From contig NC_091980.1 of the NCBI RefSeq assembly GCF_044704955.1, forward strand, positions 130,448,001 to 130,512,000: DNA of 64,000 bases, given 5' to 3'. The translations under genes were made by a program, and so were the position numbers. This document shows, piece by piece, positions 13,553-33,384 of the stretch. The notes beneath the pieces are model-generated. The model was not told where the DNA came from. It did no database searches and saw only the letters and a program-made list of their open reading frames with translations. Within the stretch, counting starts at the first letter, position 1. Every line of letters starts with the position of its first letter. The DNA is from Pristiophorus japonicus (Eukaryota).

Positions 13553-16500
13553 TGTAAAGTCCTGTCCCCTCAGTACAGCTTCTCACAAGGCATGTAGTTA
13601 AGTCAAGGTCACTCTGGACCTGCACCTTTATTTCACAGCATTGAAATGCTGCACTTGTCTGAGACCTGTCCTTGTATAACCTGTCTCTCGCAAGTGCACC
13701 CCTGGTGGTAAGGTATGCTGGTGGTTACAGGTCATGTCTTAGTCATGTATAGTATGTTAGGATACAGTTATATATAATGTAAGATACATGACATCACCCT
13801 CCCCCAAGGTCTTATTTTCTTTATAGGTTCAGTCTCTCAGGTGGTCTACACACTCGTGTGGAGTGTTTGAGTTGTGGTTCAGTTGTTTGCCTTGGTGTCT
13901 GTTTATCTTTGGGTGTGGTTGCTGGTATCTCGCCTGGGCTGTCTGTTTAAATTGGTGTTATTGTTGTTGACTCGCCTGGGCTGTCTGTTGCAATTGCGCT
14001 TTCCTCAGGTTGTTCCCTCTGTCCACCAGGTGTGATGCGAGTTCTACATTGTAGTCTGCCTCTGGTTCTGCAGTGTTGTTGGTAAATCTGCTTTTTACTT
14101 GGTCTACATGCCTCCGGCAGGTTTTGCCATTGTCCACTTGTACTACCAGTAGCCTGTTTCCTTCCTTGCCCATTACTGTCCCTGCAAGCCATTTGGGACC
14201 CCTGCCATAGTTTAGTACAAACACTTTGTCCCCTAACTCATTCCATCTCCCCCTCTAATTTCTGTCATGGTACTCGGTCAGCTTACGGCGCTTTGCCTCA
14301 AGGATTTCGTGGATGTCTGGGAGGATTAATGAGAGCCTTGTTTTTAAAGTCCATTTCATCAACAGTTGCACGGGGGGATCCCAGTCAGTGAGTGCGGACG
14401 AGATCTGTATGCCAGCAGCAGTCGCAACAGGCTACCCTGCAGCGTGGGACCTTGGATATTAAGCATGCTTTGTTTAATGATTTGCATTGCTCTCTCCGCC
14501 TGGCCTTTGGAGGCTGGCTTGAACGGTGCTGTCTTGACGTGATTTATGCCGTGGTCAATTATAAAACCTTGGAATTCTGCGCTGGTGAAGCATGGATCAT
14601 TGTCACTGACCAATATGTCAGGGATTCCGTGCATTGCAAACATGGTTGCGAGGCTCTCCACAGTGGTGGAGCTTGTGCTCGAGTTTAAAATGGTGCATTC
14701 AATCCACTTTGAAAATGCATCTACAACTACGAGGAACATTTTGCCCATGAATGGGCCCGCATAGTCTATGTGTACCCGTGACCATGGTTTGGTAGGCCAG
14801 GGGCTCGGGAGCCTCCCTGGGGGCATTGCTGAGTTGGGAACAAATGGTGCACCTTCGGATGCAGAGCTCCAAGTCTGCGTCAATACCAGCCCACCAGACA
14901 TGGGATCTGGCTGTGGCCTTCATAACAATCCCTGGGTGCTCGCGGTGGAGCTCCCGGACAAATGCCTCTCTGCCTCGCAGAGGCATGACTACTCGGCTGC
15001 CTCACATCAGGCAGTCTGCTTGTAGTGATAGCTCATGCATGCACCTGTGAAAGGGTTTTAATTCCTCGGGGCAGGCATTGCGAGCCTCTGCCCAGTCACC
15101 GGTGAGGACATATCTTTTTACTAAGGATAACGTGGGGTCGCTGTTCGTCGAGGCTCTGATTCGGAAAGCTGTCATGGGCGAAACTGTGGACTCAAAGGCA
15201 TTGATTGCCTTGACAATCTCTCAGTCCTGTTCGTGAGACCCTTCTGTGGTCACCAGGGGTAGCCTACTAATCACGTCGGCACAGTTGTCTGTGCCTTATG
15301 GTATAGTCGTAGGACGCCAGTATGAGTGGCCACTGTTGAATTCGTGCTGAGGCGTTGGCGTTTATTGCCTTGCTCTTGGATAGGAGGGACGTGAGGGGCT
15401 TGTGGTCGGTTCCTAACACGAACTTGGCCCCGAAAAGGTATTGGTCTATCTTTTTGACACCGTACATGCACGCGAGCACCTCCTTCTCTACCATTCCGTA
15501 CCCGTGCTCCACCCGCAAAAGTGACCTGGAGACATAAGCTATGGGTTGTAATTTGCCTGCACTATTGACATGTTGCAAAACGCACCCAACCCCAATAGCT
15601 GATGCATCGCATGTGAGAACTAACTTTTTACTTGCGTCAGAGAAAGTCAAAACACTGTTGGAACACAGAAGGTTGTGTGCCTTATTGAAGGCAAGTTCCT
15701 GGGCATCCCCCCCAAAACTTATCGCACCCCTTCCTGAGTAGCATGTGGAGAGGCTCCAGCAGCATGCTCACGTTCTGCATAAAGTTCCCAAAATAATTGA
15801 GTAGCCCGAGAAAGGCGTGCAGTTCTGAGACATTCCGGGGCCTGGGTGCCAGGCGAATTGCTTCTGTATTGGACTCTGTTGGGCGGATTCAAGCAGCGGC
15901 CTAATCCTTCTGCCCAAAAATTCAACCTCGGGTGTGAGAAACAGGCACTTTGATTTCTTGACTCGTCTGCTGACCCGATCCAACCGCTTTAGTACTTCCT
16001 CCAAATTACGGGGATGGGAGTCAGTGTCCCTGCCAGTGATAAGTATGTCTTGAAATACAACTGTCCTTGGGATGGACTTGAGCAGACTCTCCATGTTGCG
16101 CTGGAATATGGCAGCTGCTGACCTGATGCCAAATGGGCATCGATTGTACATGAAAAGGCCTCTGTGTTGATGGTGGTGAGTAGCTTGGATTCCTCGGTCA
16201 ATTCTTGTGTCATACGCAGATGAGGTCTAGTTTTGAGAAGTTTACCTCCAGCCAATGTGGCAAATAAGTCCTCTGCTCTGGGCAGCAGGTACTGGTCCTG
16301 TTGGGAGACTCTGTTCATGGTAGATTTGTAGTCCCCACAGATTCGTATGGATCCATCAGGCTTCATGACTGGGACAATGGGACTTGCCCAGTCGCTAAAT
16401 TCCACAGGTGATATAATGCCTTCCCGCAGAAGCCTGTCGAGTTCGTGTTCCATCTTTTCCCTCATCACATAGGGTACAGCTCTGGCCTTGTGATGGACAG

Positions 16501-18215
16501 GTCTAGCATCCTGTGTAATGTAGATTTTGACTTTGGCCCCTTTGAAAGTGCCCACACCTGGCTGAAAGAGATATTCAAATCACTTTATAACTGTTGAGCA
16601 GGAGGTCCGTCCCTCTAATGATATGGCATGGACATCATCCCATTTCCAGTTTAGTTTTGCCAGCCAGCTTCTCCCCAGCATTGCAGGGGAGTCTCCGGGG
16701 ACAATCCACAGGGGAAGTTTGTTCACTGTCCCTTTGTGTGTGACAGAGCATGCCACTGCCAAGGACTGGTATGATTTCTTTGGTATAGGTCCTTAGTTTG
16801 GTGTTGAACCTTGAGTTTTGGTCTGTCTCTTTTTTAAGCGGCCACAGTTGTTGAAATTGTTGAGCGCCCGTGAGATTGATTCGCTCCCATATCCAGCTCC
16901 ATGTTGACAGGTATTCTGTTGAGTAGGACCCTCATCATTATAGGAGGTGTCATGTTGTTGGAGCAGCGGCCATTGATCGTGTTGACCCGTTGCACATCGG
17001 TGTCCCAGGTACTGTCCCTCCTTCTGGTCCGCTTTCCGACCCATACGATTCGTATATCAGCCAAGCTGTTTTTTTTTTGCACATGCTGGCCAAATGCCCT
17101 ATATATTCACAGTTCCTGCAAACAGCCTGCTGAAATCGACAACCCCTTGACGAGTGCTCCCCTCCAGCACAGACCACTTCCATTGTTCCCAAAGAATGAG
17201 CTGTGTCTGGCTGATCTCTTGAACTTCTCCTCAGTTTGTAGTTGATTGCTTGCATTGTGGGTTGATGAGGTGTGAATGGCTGTTCCTGTGGCCCTTGATG
17301 GTTTCTGGCGCCGCTGCCTGCTGTCGAGAGCCTGTTCTCCCGGTTTTGTCTGTGTGGGGGTAGCAGCTTGTTTACTGCTGTGACCACCACCTTCTGATAT
17401 TTTGTTAGTTGTTGTCCCTGCATTTTAAATCAACCTACTTTCTTCCCCCTACCAAGAATGTCTGCAACCAGTGCTGCTGCCTCTAAGGTCAGGTTCTTGG
17501 TCTCTGAGCTTTCAGAGTATGCCTGCATGGCCTATTCCTTCAATGAAAGTCTCTCTCAGCATTTCTCTCCTCAGTTCATCTGAGAACTCGCATAAATGAG
17601 CCAACCTCTGAAGTTCCGCCACGAAGTCGGGTATGCTCTGGCCCACATAGCATCTGTAGTTGTAGAACCCGTGTCTGGCCATGTGTAGGCTGCTCGCTTG
17701 CTTCAGGTGGTCTCTTACCAGTATGCTCAATTCTTCAAACGACTTGCTGCTTTCACGGGTGCTAGCAGATCCTTCATAAAAGCGTATGTTTTCGAGCCAC
17801 AGCTGGTCAAGAGATGGGCTCTTGTCTGCTTTGTTATCTCCTAACCAGTCTTTGGTTACAAGGCATTGCTGGAGCCTTTCTGTAAATTCCTCCCAATTGT
17901 CTCCAGCATTGTACTTTTCATCTGATCTGTTTGCCATTCTGTGGATTCTGTAATCCCATAACTTATCACCACTGTAAAGTCCTGTCCCCTCAGTACAGAC
18001 TCACACGAGGCATGTCGTGAAGTCCAGGTCACTCTGGACCTGGACCTTTATTTCACAGCTCTGGAATGCTGCACTTGCCTGAGACCTGTCCTTGTATACC
18101 TGTCTCTTGCAAGTGCACCCCTGGTGCTAAGGTATGCTGGTGGTTACAGGTCATATCTTATTATTCATGTATAGCATGTTAGGATACAGTTATTTATAAT
18201 GTAAGATACATGACA
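13553..18215 (-). mobile_element. Full-length degenerate Ty3/Gypsy (Mag-like) LTR retrotransposon, copy 1
   Basis: LTRs 13553-13793 and 17973-18215; TSD CATTA/CATAA; PPT next to 13794; fragments of gag (17512-17937), protease (ELDMGA), RT (WASPIVPVMKPDGSIRICGDY), RNase H (LVLTCDAS...TDHKPL) and integrase (WSRVHIDYAGP...VSDN). Confidence 0.92.
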
Positions 18216-18249
18216 CATAAAATGAACTAAGGTTTCCTCCTCCAAATCG

Positions 18250-19595
18250 ATTTATGTGATGAGCTGGAGCCCAAGTACCGATCCCTGTGGTATCCCACTC
18301 GTCACTGCCCACCACCCAGGAAAAGACCTGTTTATTCTGACTGTTTTCTATCAATTAACCAATTTTCAATCCATGGCAGTATATTACCCCCAATCCCATG
18401 TGCTTTAATTTTGCTCACTAACCTCTTGTGGGACTTTATCAAAGGCCTTCTGACAATCCAAATACACTACATCCACTCGTTCTCCCTTATCTAATCTCAG
18501 TTACATCCTCCAAAAAAACTCCAGTAGGTTTGTCAAACACCATTTTCATTTCATAAATCCATATTGACTTTGTCTAATCGTGTTGATATTGTCTCAGTGT
18601 CCCTTTATCACATTCTACTAATGTTAGGCTAACCGGGCTGCAGTTACCTGTTTCTTTCTCCTCCCTTTTTAAAATAGTGGGGTTACATTTGCCACACTCC
18701 ATTCTGCGGCAACAGTACCATAATCTGTAGAAATTTGGAAGATGATAACCAATGCATCCACTATTTCCATGGCTACCACTTTTAGTACTCTGGGATGCAG
18801 ATTATCAGGCCCTGGGAATTTATCAGCTTTCAGTCCCATTAGTTTCTCCAGCACTATTTTCTTACTAATAATCATTCCCTTTAATTTCTCTTGCTCACTC
18901 GACCCTTAGTTCCTTGCATTTCTGGGATGTTATTTGTGTCCTCTTCTGTGAAGACAGAACCAAAGTATTTAATTGTTCTGCCATTTCCTTGTTCCCCATT
19001 ATAATTTATCCCTTTTGTGACTGAAAAGAAACTACATTTGTGTCTCATTTTCTTTTTACTTACTGGGAGAAACTTTTACAGCCGGTTTATATGATCCTTG
19101 GAAGTTTAATCTCATACACTATTTTCCCCCTCTTAAACAATCTCTTGGTCATTTTTTGCTGAATACTAAGCTGCTCCCAATCCTCAGGATTGCTACTTGT
19201 TCTGGCAACTTTGTATGACTCCTCTTTGGATCTAATACTAACCTTAATTTCTTGTGTAAACCATGGTTGGGCTACTTTTCCTTTTGTGTCTTTGCAGCAT
19301 AAAGGAATGTATAATTGTTGCAATTTATGCATGCGTTCCTTAAATGTTAGCCATTGACAAACCACTATCATGCCTTTTAATGAATCTTCCCAATCTGTCA
19401 TAGCTATTCCTCATACCTTTGTAGTTTCCTTTGTTTAGATTTAGGACCTAGTTTTGGATTGGACAACTTCACTTTCAGTCTTCACGAAGATTGAAAATCA
19501 TGTTATGAACATTCTTCCCTAAAGGATCCCGCACAAAAAGACTATTAATTAACCCCTTCTCATTGTACAATACCCAATCTACGATAGCTATTCTG
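18250..19595 (-). mobile_element. Decayed CR1 LINE (copy at about 45490-47450)
   Basis: KLMGLKADKFPGPDNLHPRVLK...WSVANVTPLF and LQQLYIP...KGKVAQPW match the intact CR1 ORF. Confidence 0.85.
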
Positions 19596-19598
19596 ACA

Positions 19599-20035
19599 TG
19601 TTGAAGACCTAATTTCACTTGCATGTATATGTAATGACTCAAAAATCTGGTTACTGTAAACTCACTCAGGTGCAACATCATCCATCTTTATTCCAGTGCC
19701 AGAAAATTTGATTTTAGCGCCCCAAAAAAAAACAAAAACCAAAAAAAAAAAAGGGGCCTTGAAAATGTCTGCTGTGTCACCCAGGTCGGGTGGCACCGTT
19801 TAATGTTTTATGTTTTGCAGGTGAACTCCAAAAAGAGTTTCCAGTGCCAGTGTGACAAAGACACCCAGCTTATATACAGGTGATCAAGCACACATGCCAC
19901 GTGAAAACAGCCCGATGATCTCTGACCGCAGCGCCCTCTGGTGTCTTGTGACTACCAAGCATTAATCCATAAGAGTATATCTTGCAAATTCTATTCATGC
20001 ATTTCAATCGAGCATTGCAATGCTGTAATCCAACA
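19599..20035 (-). mobile_element. Probable solo LTR (copy at 47452-47748)
   Basis: TGTTG...CAACA termini, minus-strand TATA and AATAAA, and a CACCAGAGGGCGC motif shared with other LTRs in the window. No clear TSD. Confidence 0.55.
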
Positions 20036-20311
20036 ATTGAAAATGATCACGTTTGTTCAGCCACATAAGGCAGTGGGACCACAGGTACATTTTAGTGTCT
20101 TAAAAGAGGCAGAGAGGTTTACATAACATTCGTATGCCATTTGGCACCTCGAGCCTGTTACGCCAATCAGTAAAATCGTGACTGGTCTGATCTTGGTCTC
20201 AACACTTTCCTGCCTGTTCCCCATAACCCTTGACTCCGCTATTGTTAAAAAATCTATCCATCTCCACCTTAAATGTATTCAATGACCCTGCCTCCACACA
20301 CGCACACAGAC

Positions 20312-20470
20312 ACACAGTACTGAGGGAGTGCCGCACTGTCAGAGGGGCAGTACTGAGGGAGTGCAGCACTGTTAGAGGGGCAGTACTCACAGGATTTTGC
20401 ACTGTCGGAGCGGCAGCACTAAGGGATTGCCACATTGTCTGAAGAGCAGTACTGAGGCATTGTTGCACAG
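20312..20470 (+). repeat. 33-bp minisatellite (SINE-core derived)
   Basis: About 4-5 copies of cagtactgagggagtgccgcactgtcagagggg. Confidence 0.85.
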
Positions 20471-21999
20471 ACTCATGTTTGATTCAGGTGGGTCAACTGT
20501 GCTCATTGGTGGCATCTCCCCTGAAAGGGTAGTGCCTGTGGTGTGATTGGTGGCTCCGGATCTGAATCACTGCCGCACTCTCTGCCCCATCTAAAGCAGA
20601 GTTTTAATCCAAGGGAACACCTCTCATCAGCTCATCCAGGACTGAACCACTTCTGCACTGAAATCAGACGTCACGGCTTTGGATCTCCGGGATACACCAG
20701 CATGAAAGGTCAATGACCAGAGGGGAGAGATGAGGACGATTATTTTAACGCAGGGAGTCGTTGTGATCCGGAACGCACTGCCTGAAAGGGCGGTGGAATC
20801 AGATTCAACAGTAACTTTGAAGAGGGAATTGCAAATATACTTGACAAAAGTTGCAGGGCTATGGGGAAGGAGCTGAGGAGTGGGACGAATTGGATCGCTC
20901 TTTCAAAGTGCCTGCACAGGCACGATGGGCCGAATGGCCTCTTTCTGTGCTGATAGAATCTATGATGAGCCAGATAGTTAGAGCATATCTGAGCCTCATC
21001 ATTTCAATCAGATTTAAATATTCATCATTTCAATCAGATTTAAATATTCTTTCGAGTCACTGAAAACCGACTGTAAAAGGACACGTCTAACACATCAAAT
21101 TGAGGGGCAGGAAAAGACCAGCTGGTCCATCAAGCCTGCCCCAAAACATGCCGGAGCAAATCATAGAATCATAGAATGGTTACAGCACAGAGGGAGGCCA
21201 TTCGGCCCGTCGAGCCCGTGCCGGCTCTCTTCAAGAGCACTTCAGCTAGTCCCACTCCCCCGCCCTTCCCCTGCAACCCTGCTATTAATTTTTCCTTCAG
21301 GTACTTATCCAATTCCCTTTTGAAAGCCACGATTGAGTCTACCTCCACCACCCTCTCGGGCATTGCATTCCAGATCCCAACCACTCGCTGTGTAAACATG
21401 TCGCCTTTGGTTCTTTTGCCAGTCACATTAAATCTGTGTCTTCTGGTTCTCGACCCTTCTGCCAATGGGAACTGTTCCTGTCTATCGACTCTGTCCAGAC
21501 ACCTCATGATTTGGAATCCCTCTATCAAATGGAGATGTGGGTGACAATGTGTTCAGTCATGTTCATTCCCTCTCATTCTCACTCACTATATTGAATTTTA
21601 CCAGGCATCATTCCATGAGAATGAAAATGACAGATCGTTGATGCCCCCATGTAGCCAATCCTCAGACACATGCCCATTCTCTATATTCGAACTGGGGGCA
21701 GTTCACACCACCCACAAGATGGAATTCCCATTCCACTGGCCAATGCTTGGTTTGTAAATGCACCAAGACGACTTGATTGCTTTGAATATTGTCTCAGTGC
21801 CACAGAAACTTGCAAGTAACAAACTTCGCCAGATTGTGAAAAACTCCTTTGGCGAAAGTAGAAAATTATCATTTCATTCAAGTGAGAGCTTGAAACAACG
21901 GCACACTTTCAGATTTGAAGACGTTCAAGGAACCCAAAGGCAGTGACATCATCAAGACTGATCTTCCCCAGCCCCCTCCGCCGAACCCCCTCTCCTTTG

Positions 22000-22110
22000 T
22001 TAATTGGTGCCTCAATTCAGGGAAGATTCCTGATTGGCTCTGAGGGATTGTCAATCATCATTGGTGATGTCATACCCTGTTTGAATGCAGCTGTTCCAAT
22101 AGTATAAATA
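22000..22110 (+). promoter_or_regulatory. Ferritin A2 core promoter
   Basis: TATAAATA at 22103-22110, 76 bp before the ATG. Three ATTGG and one CCAAT, plus a TGATGTCA site. Confidence 0.7.
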
Positions 22111-22178
22111 CAGGAGCTTGTGCAAGATAGAGTGATTTCTAGAACTGTGCAGGTGATAGTGAAATATAGATAGAGAAG

Positions 22179-28358
<6,180 letters not shown>

Positions 28359-30129
28359 ACTGACTGGGATCAAGCTTATTGTGTTTAGTACTTGTATTTA
28401 TATAATCAGGCCCCTATACTGTAGGGAATGAATGCTTGTGACTTTGTACAAAAAGAGCTGAAACCCATAACAGTAAATAAACTGTTCAACATTGGGCTGT
28501 GTTTTGTCACCTTGTAAATTTGAGTGGTTACTTATTTTTCATTTAACATAACTTGGCTTCTATCAAACAAGAATTACACTGACCTGTGCAACATTTATAT
28601 GGGATTCAGTCTTATGAAATATGTTTTCCCCCTTGTGTAATGTCTATGTATTGACTGGGCCATTCAGGCACCTGTTATAAGATCTAAAATGTTCAAGAAT
28701 GTGTTTGGACAACTGACAGCCCCATGGGATGTTGGCCCAGTGACCAAAAGTCTGGTCAGAGGTATGTATTGAGAAGGTACAGAGATGTTTAGGAAGGCAT
28801 GTCTAGAGCTTGGGACTGATAAGCTGTATACAATTACCTGTTCTAATGATCTGTTTTTTACAAAGGAGAATTCAATCCAACAAGATGTAACATCTGCTAA
28901 ATTCAGGACCAATTTGCCAGTAATTCATTGTTGCACCATTTCAGTCCAATGAAGAAAAAGTCCTGGATTAGCTTCCTATTTAGTCTATCTGCCTCGTGAA
29001 CGAACAGCAGTTTGTATTCAATCGCTGCAACAGATCCTCTTCAGTTATGCAGGTCGTTCAGTAATGGGATTCACCACTGCTGCTATCGGCTTGCTGTTAA
29101 GCTTTGTAGGCAGAAAAGCAATATCTCAGCACACTGAACTCTGGGCACTACAATTGGGTGAGGAGGGAAAGCAACAGCTGGCATCAGCTTGCTGTCATAG
29201 CTTCAGTGCTTCGTGTGGATACCCTAGTCGTTCTGGGACAGCTTCTCTTCCGTCTGCTTCCCCTAATGGTTGAATAACTTGCCAACACAACCTCCATTCA
29301 AACATGAATAAGGTATTGCAAGATTAACGATATTCCAACAACATTTAATACTTGGGGAAGGTGTAAATGTATTTAATTCCACAAAGCAAAAGGCACAAGA
29401 TGTTAAACCCATTTCTGGCCACAATGCCTAAGCACTCAATTTATAAGCCTATCAATTTTTTTTTTGTTAGTACCATTGTGAATTTCATTACCATCACACT
29501 GGATTAGATCTCCATTTCTCTCCTTCATGGCTATGAATGGATACAAATGGTACTGCTGCTCCAATAATCCAGTGTTTACGAGTTATTTTTAGGAATTTAA
29601 CTCAGAACTGTGTTGAGTGCAATTAAATAACCATGCACAGACATTCCAGGTTAATGTCTTGGCAACACTCAAGCGCCTTTCTGCTATCGATGTTACAAAC
29701 TGTCATATATTGATGAGCCACAGTTCCACGAGTCGGCCTGGGCTTGCGTGCTGATGGGTTTGATGGCTTCATGTATCAACAAATCTCTAGCTCACTCGAT
29801 GTGAAACTTTACAGGTGCTCGTGTTTTAAGAATTACTTACAATTTACAGCTCAGGAAAAAGACCATTTGTGCCAACTGGGCCATGCTGTGGTTTATGCTC
29901 CATGTGAAACTTATCCCACCCTACTTCATCTAGACCTATTAGCATATCCTTCTATTCCTTTCTCCTTGTGTTTATCGAGCTTTCCCTTAAATGCATCTAT
30001 GCTCTTTGCATTCAGAGTTATTACTGCGGGTAGCTCAGTAAACACACCGCTGCTGCTGTGGATTTTCTGTTAAGCTGTGTGGGTAAAGAAGTGAATAACA
30101 GCTATAAAGATCCGCAATGTTTGAGCTCA

Positions 30130-32330
30130 AGGACAGCATTTATTGTCTGTCACTAATTGCCTTTGAGAAGGTGCTGGTCAGCCATCTTCTTGAACCGCTG
30201 CAGTCTTGTGGTGAAGGTACTCCCACAATGCTTTTCGGGAGGGAGTTCCTGGATTTTGCCGCAGTGACGAAAAAGGAATGGTGATATAAACCAACCTGAC
30301 TTGGAAATATAATGTGGAGGTGAACTTGCAGGCGATAGTATTCCCAAACTTCTGCTGCCCTTGTCCTTCTAATTGCTAGAGCTCGTGGGATGGCTTGTGC
30401 TGCTGAAAAAGCCTTGGCGAGTTGCTGCAGTGCATCTTGTCGATGGTACACACTGCAGCCATGGTGCACCGGTGGTGGAAGCAGTGAATGTGGAAGGTGG
30501 TGGATGGGATGCCAATCAAGCGGCCTGCTTTGTCCTGGATGGTGTCGAGCTTCTTGATGATTGCTGAAACTGCACTCAGCCAGTCAAGTGGAGAGTATTC
30601 CACCACACTCCTGACTTGTGCCTTGTCGATGCTGGAAAGACGTTAGGTGTCAGGAGGTGAGACACTCACCGCAAAATACCCAGCCTCTGGCCTGCTCTTA
30701 TTACCAGAGTATTTATGTGGCTGGGCGAGTTCAGGTCCTGATCAGCGATGATCCCCAGGGGTGAATGCTGGGGAATTCAGCGGCAGTGAATGTTAAGGGC
30801 AGGTGGTTAGACTCTCGCTTTTTGCAGATAGTCATTGCCTGGCACTTGTGTGGTGCCATTGTTACTTGCCCATTATCAGCCCCACACTGAATGTCATCCA
30901 GGTCTTGCTGCATGTGGGCATGGACTGCTTCATTTTCTGATGTCTTGCAAATGGAACAGAACACTGTGTAATCATCAGCAAACATTCCCACTTCTGGCCT
31001 TTATGATGGAGGGAAGTTCATTGATGAAGCAGCTTAAGATAGCTGGGCCAAGGACACTGTCCTGAGGTATTCCTGCAGAGATGTCCTGGGGCTGAGATGA
31101 TTGACCTCCAACAACCACTTCCTTTGTGCTAGATATGAGTCCAGCTCATCGAGAGTTTTCGATATTCGCATCGACTTCAATTTTGCAAGGGCTACTTGAT
31201 GCCGCACTCCATCAGGTGCTGCCTTGCTGTGAAAGGTAGTCACTCTCACCTCACCTGTAATTCAGCTCCTTTGTACATGTTTGGACCAAGGCTGCAATGA
31301 GATCAGGAGCTGAGTGGTCCTGACACAACCCAAACTGGGCATCGGTGAGCAGATTATTGTCGACAAAATCTTCCCTCACTTTGCTGATGATTGAGTGTAG
31401 ACTGATGGGGCGGTAATTGGCCTGAATGGATTTGTCTGGCTTTTTCTGGACAGGACGGACCAGAGCAGTTTTTCACATTGTTGGGTAGATGCCAGTGTCT
31501 CTGTACTGGAACAGCTTGGCTAGAGGTGTGGCCATGAATTTACAGATTGTGGTGCAATACAATTCTGCAGTTGCTGATGACACAGTGCCTCATGGATGCC
31601 CAGTTTTGAGCTGCGAGATCTGTTTTGAATCTATTCCATTTAACACTGGTCAAACCACTCACCATAAAGGAGGGTGTCCTCAGTGTGAAGACAAGACTTT
31701 GTCTCCACAAGGACTGTGTGGTGGTCACTGCTACCAATGCTGTCATGGACAGATGAATCTGTGACAGGTAGATTGCTGTGGATAAGATCAGTAGGTTTTT
31801 CCCTTGTGTTGATTCTCTCACCATCTGTCGGAAGCCCAATCTCGATGCTATGTCTTTCAGGACTCAGCCCGCTTGCTCAGTGCTACCGAGCCCCTCTTGG
31901 TGATGGACATTGAAGCCTATTGCTATATCAGTGCTTCTTCCAAGTGGCCTTCAACATGGAGGTGTACTGATTCATCAGCTGAGGGAGGGCGGTAGGTGGT
32001 AATCAGCAGGAGGTTTCCATGTCCAAGCTTGACCTAAACCCATGAGACTTGATAGGTCCAGATTAAATGTTCAGGACTCCTACCGCTACTCCCTCCCGAC
32101 TGTATACCACTGAGCCGCCACTTCTGGTGTGTCTGCCCTTCTGGTGGGACAGGACATACGCAGGGATGGTGAAGGAGGAATCTGGGACATTGGCCGAAAG
32201 GTATGATTCTGTGATTATGACTATGTCAGGATGTTGCTTGACTAACCTGTGAGACAGCTCTCCCCATTTAGGCACAAGATACCAGATATTAGTGAGGAGG
32301 ACTTTGCAGGGTCGACTGGGCTGGGTGTAC
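30130..32330 (-). mobile_element. Decayed CR1-clade LINE with endonuclease and RT remnants
   Basis: PDIVIITESYL...RSGGSVVY (APE endonuclease) and MFADD (RT); many stops. Confidence 0.8.
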
Positions 32331-33384
32331 CCATTGTCATGTCAGAAGCCGGTGCCGAGGTCAATGCCGGGTTGTCCATCCTGTTTTATTCGAATTATTG
32401 TTTCTCGTAACGGTTTGTTATAACTGATCGGCTTGCTTGGCCATTTCAGAGGGCAGTTAAGACTCAACCACATTTTTTTAGGTTTGGAGTCATATCGGCC
32501 AGATTTCCTTCCTGAAGGACATTAGTGAAGCAGATTGGTTTTTATGACAATCCGACAGCTCCCTGGGCAACATTACTGATACTAGCCTTTTATTCCAGAT
32601 TTTAATTTAATTAACTGAATTTCAATTCCCCAGCTGCCATGGTGGGACTTTGGATTATTAGTCCAGGCCTCTGAATTACTTGTCCAGTAACTTAACCACG
32701 ATGTTACCGCACTCTTTGCATCTCTCAATGGCACTTTTGGACTATCGATGTCACCACAATTCATACATTGATGAGTCACAATTCTACAAGTCATGTTGGG
32801 TTTTGCGTGCTGATGAGTTTCACGGCTTCATGTTTCAGATAAAACAAATTCTTCAGCTCACTCGATGTGAAAAACTTTACAGATGCCCTTGTTTTAAGAA
32901 TTACATAGAATTTACAGCACAGAAAAAGGCCATTCAGCCTGGCAAATTGCAGTGGTGAGCGGTTCTTCTTGAACGTAAAACGCATCTAGGATGAGGTGAG
33001 GAAACGAATGGGACAAGATCGATTTAATTGTCTTTCAATCATGAGCATGGAGAGCGAAGTACTGAGAGGACTTGATTCACACACTGAGCCTCCTCCCAAC
33101 TTCATTTAACCCTATCAGCATATCCTGCCAATCCTTCCTCCCTCATGTGTTTATCCATCTTCACCTTAAACACTGTCTCAACTATTCCTTTTGATAGCGA
33201 GTTAAAAATTCTGAACACTCTCTGAGTAAAGAAGTTTCTTTGAAGTCTCTCTTAGATTATTAATTCTAACTTTCTATATAATTCTATGGAGATCAGAACT
33301 GTGCGCAATACTCCAAGTGTTGTCTAGCCAAGGTTCTGTATAAACTTAACATGCTGCACAGGGATGTGGTTCAGTTCACCTCAA

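Noticed and set aside
32770-32782. Nrf2 antioxidant response element upstream of B2
   Set aside because: TGAGTCA lacks the 3' GC of the ARE consensus on either strand, so only an AP-1 core can be supported.
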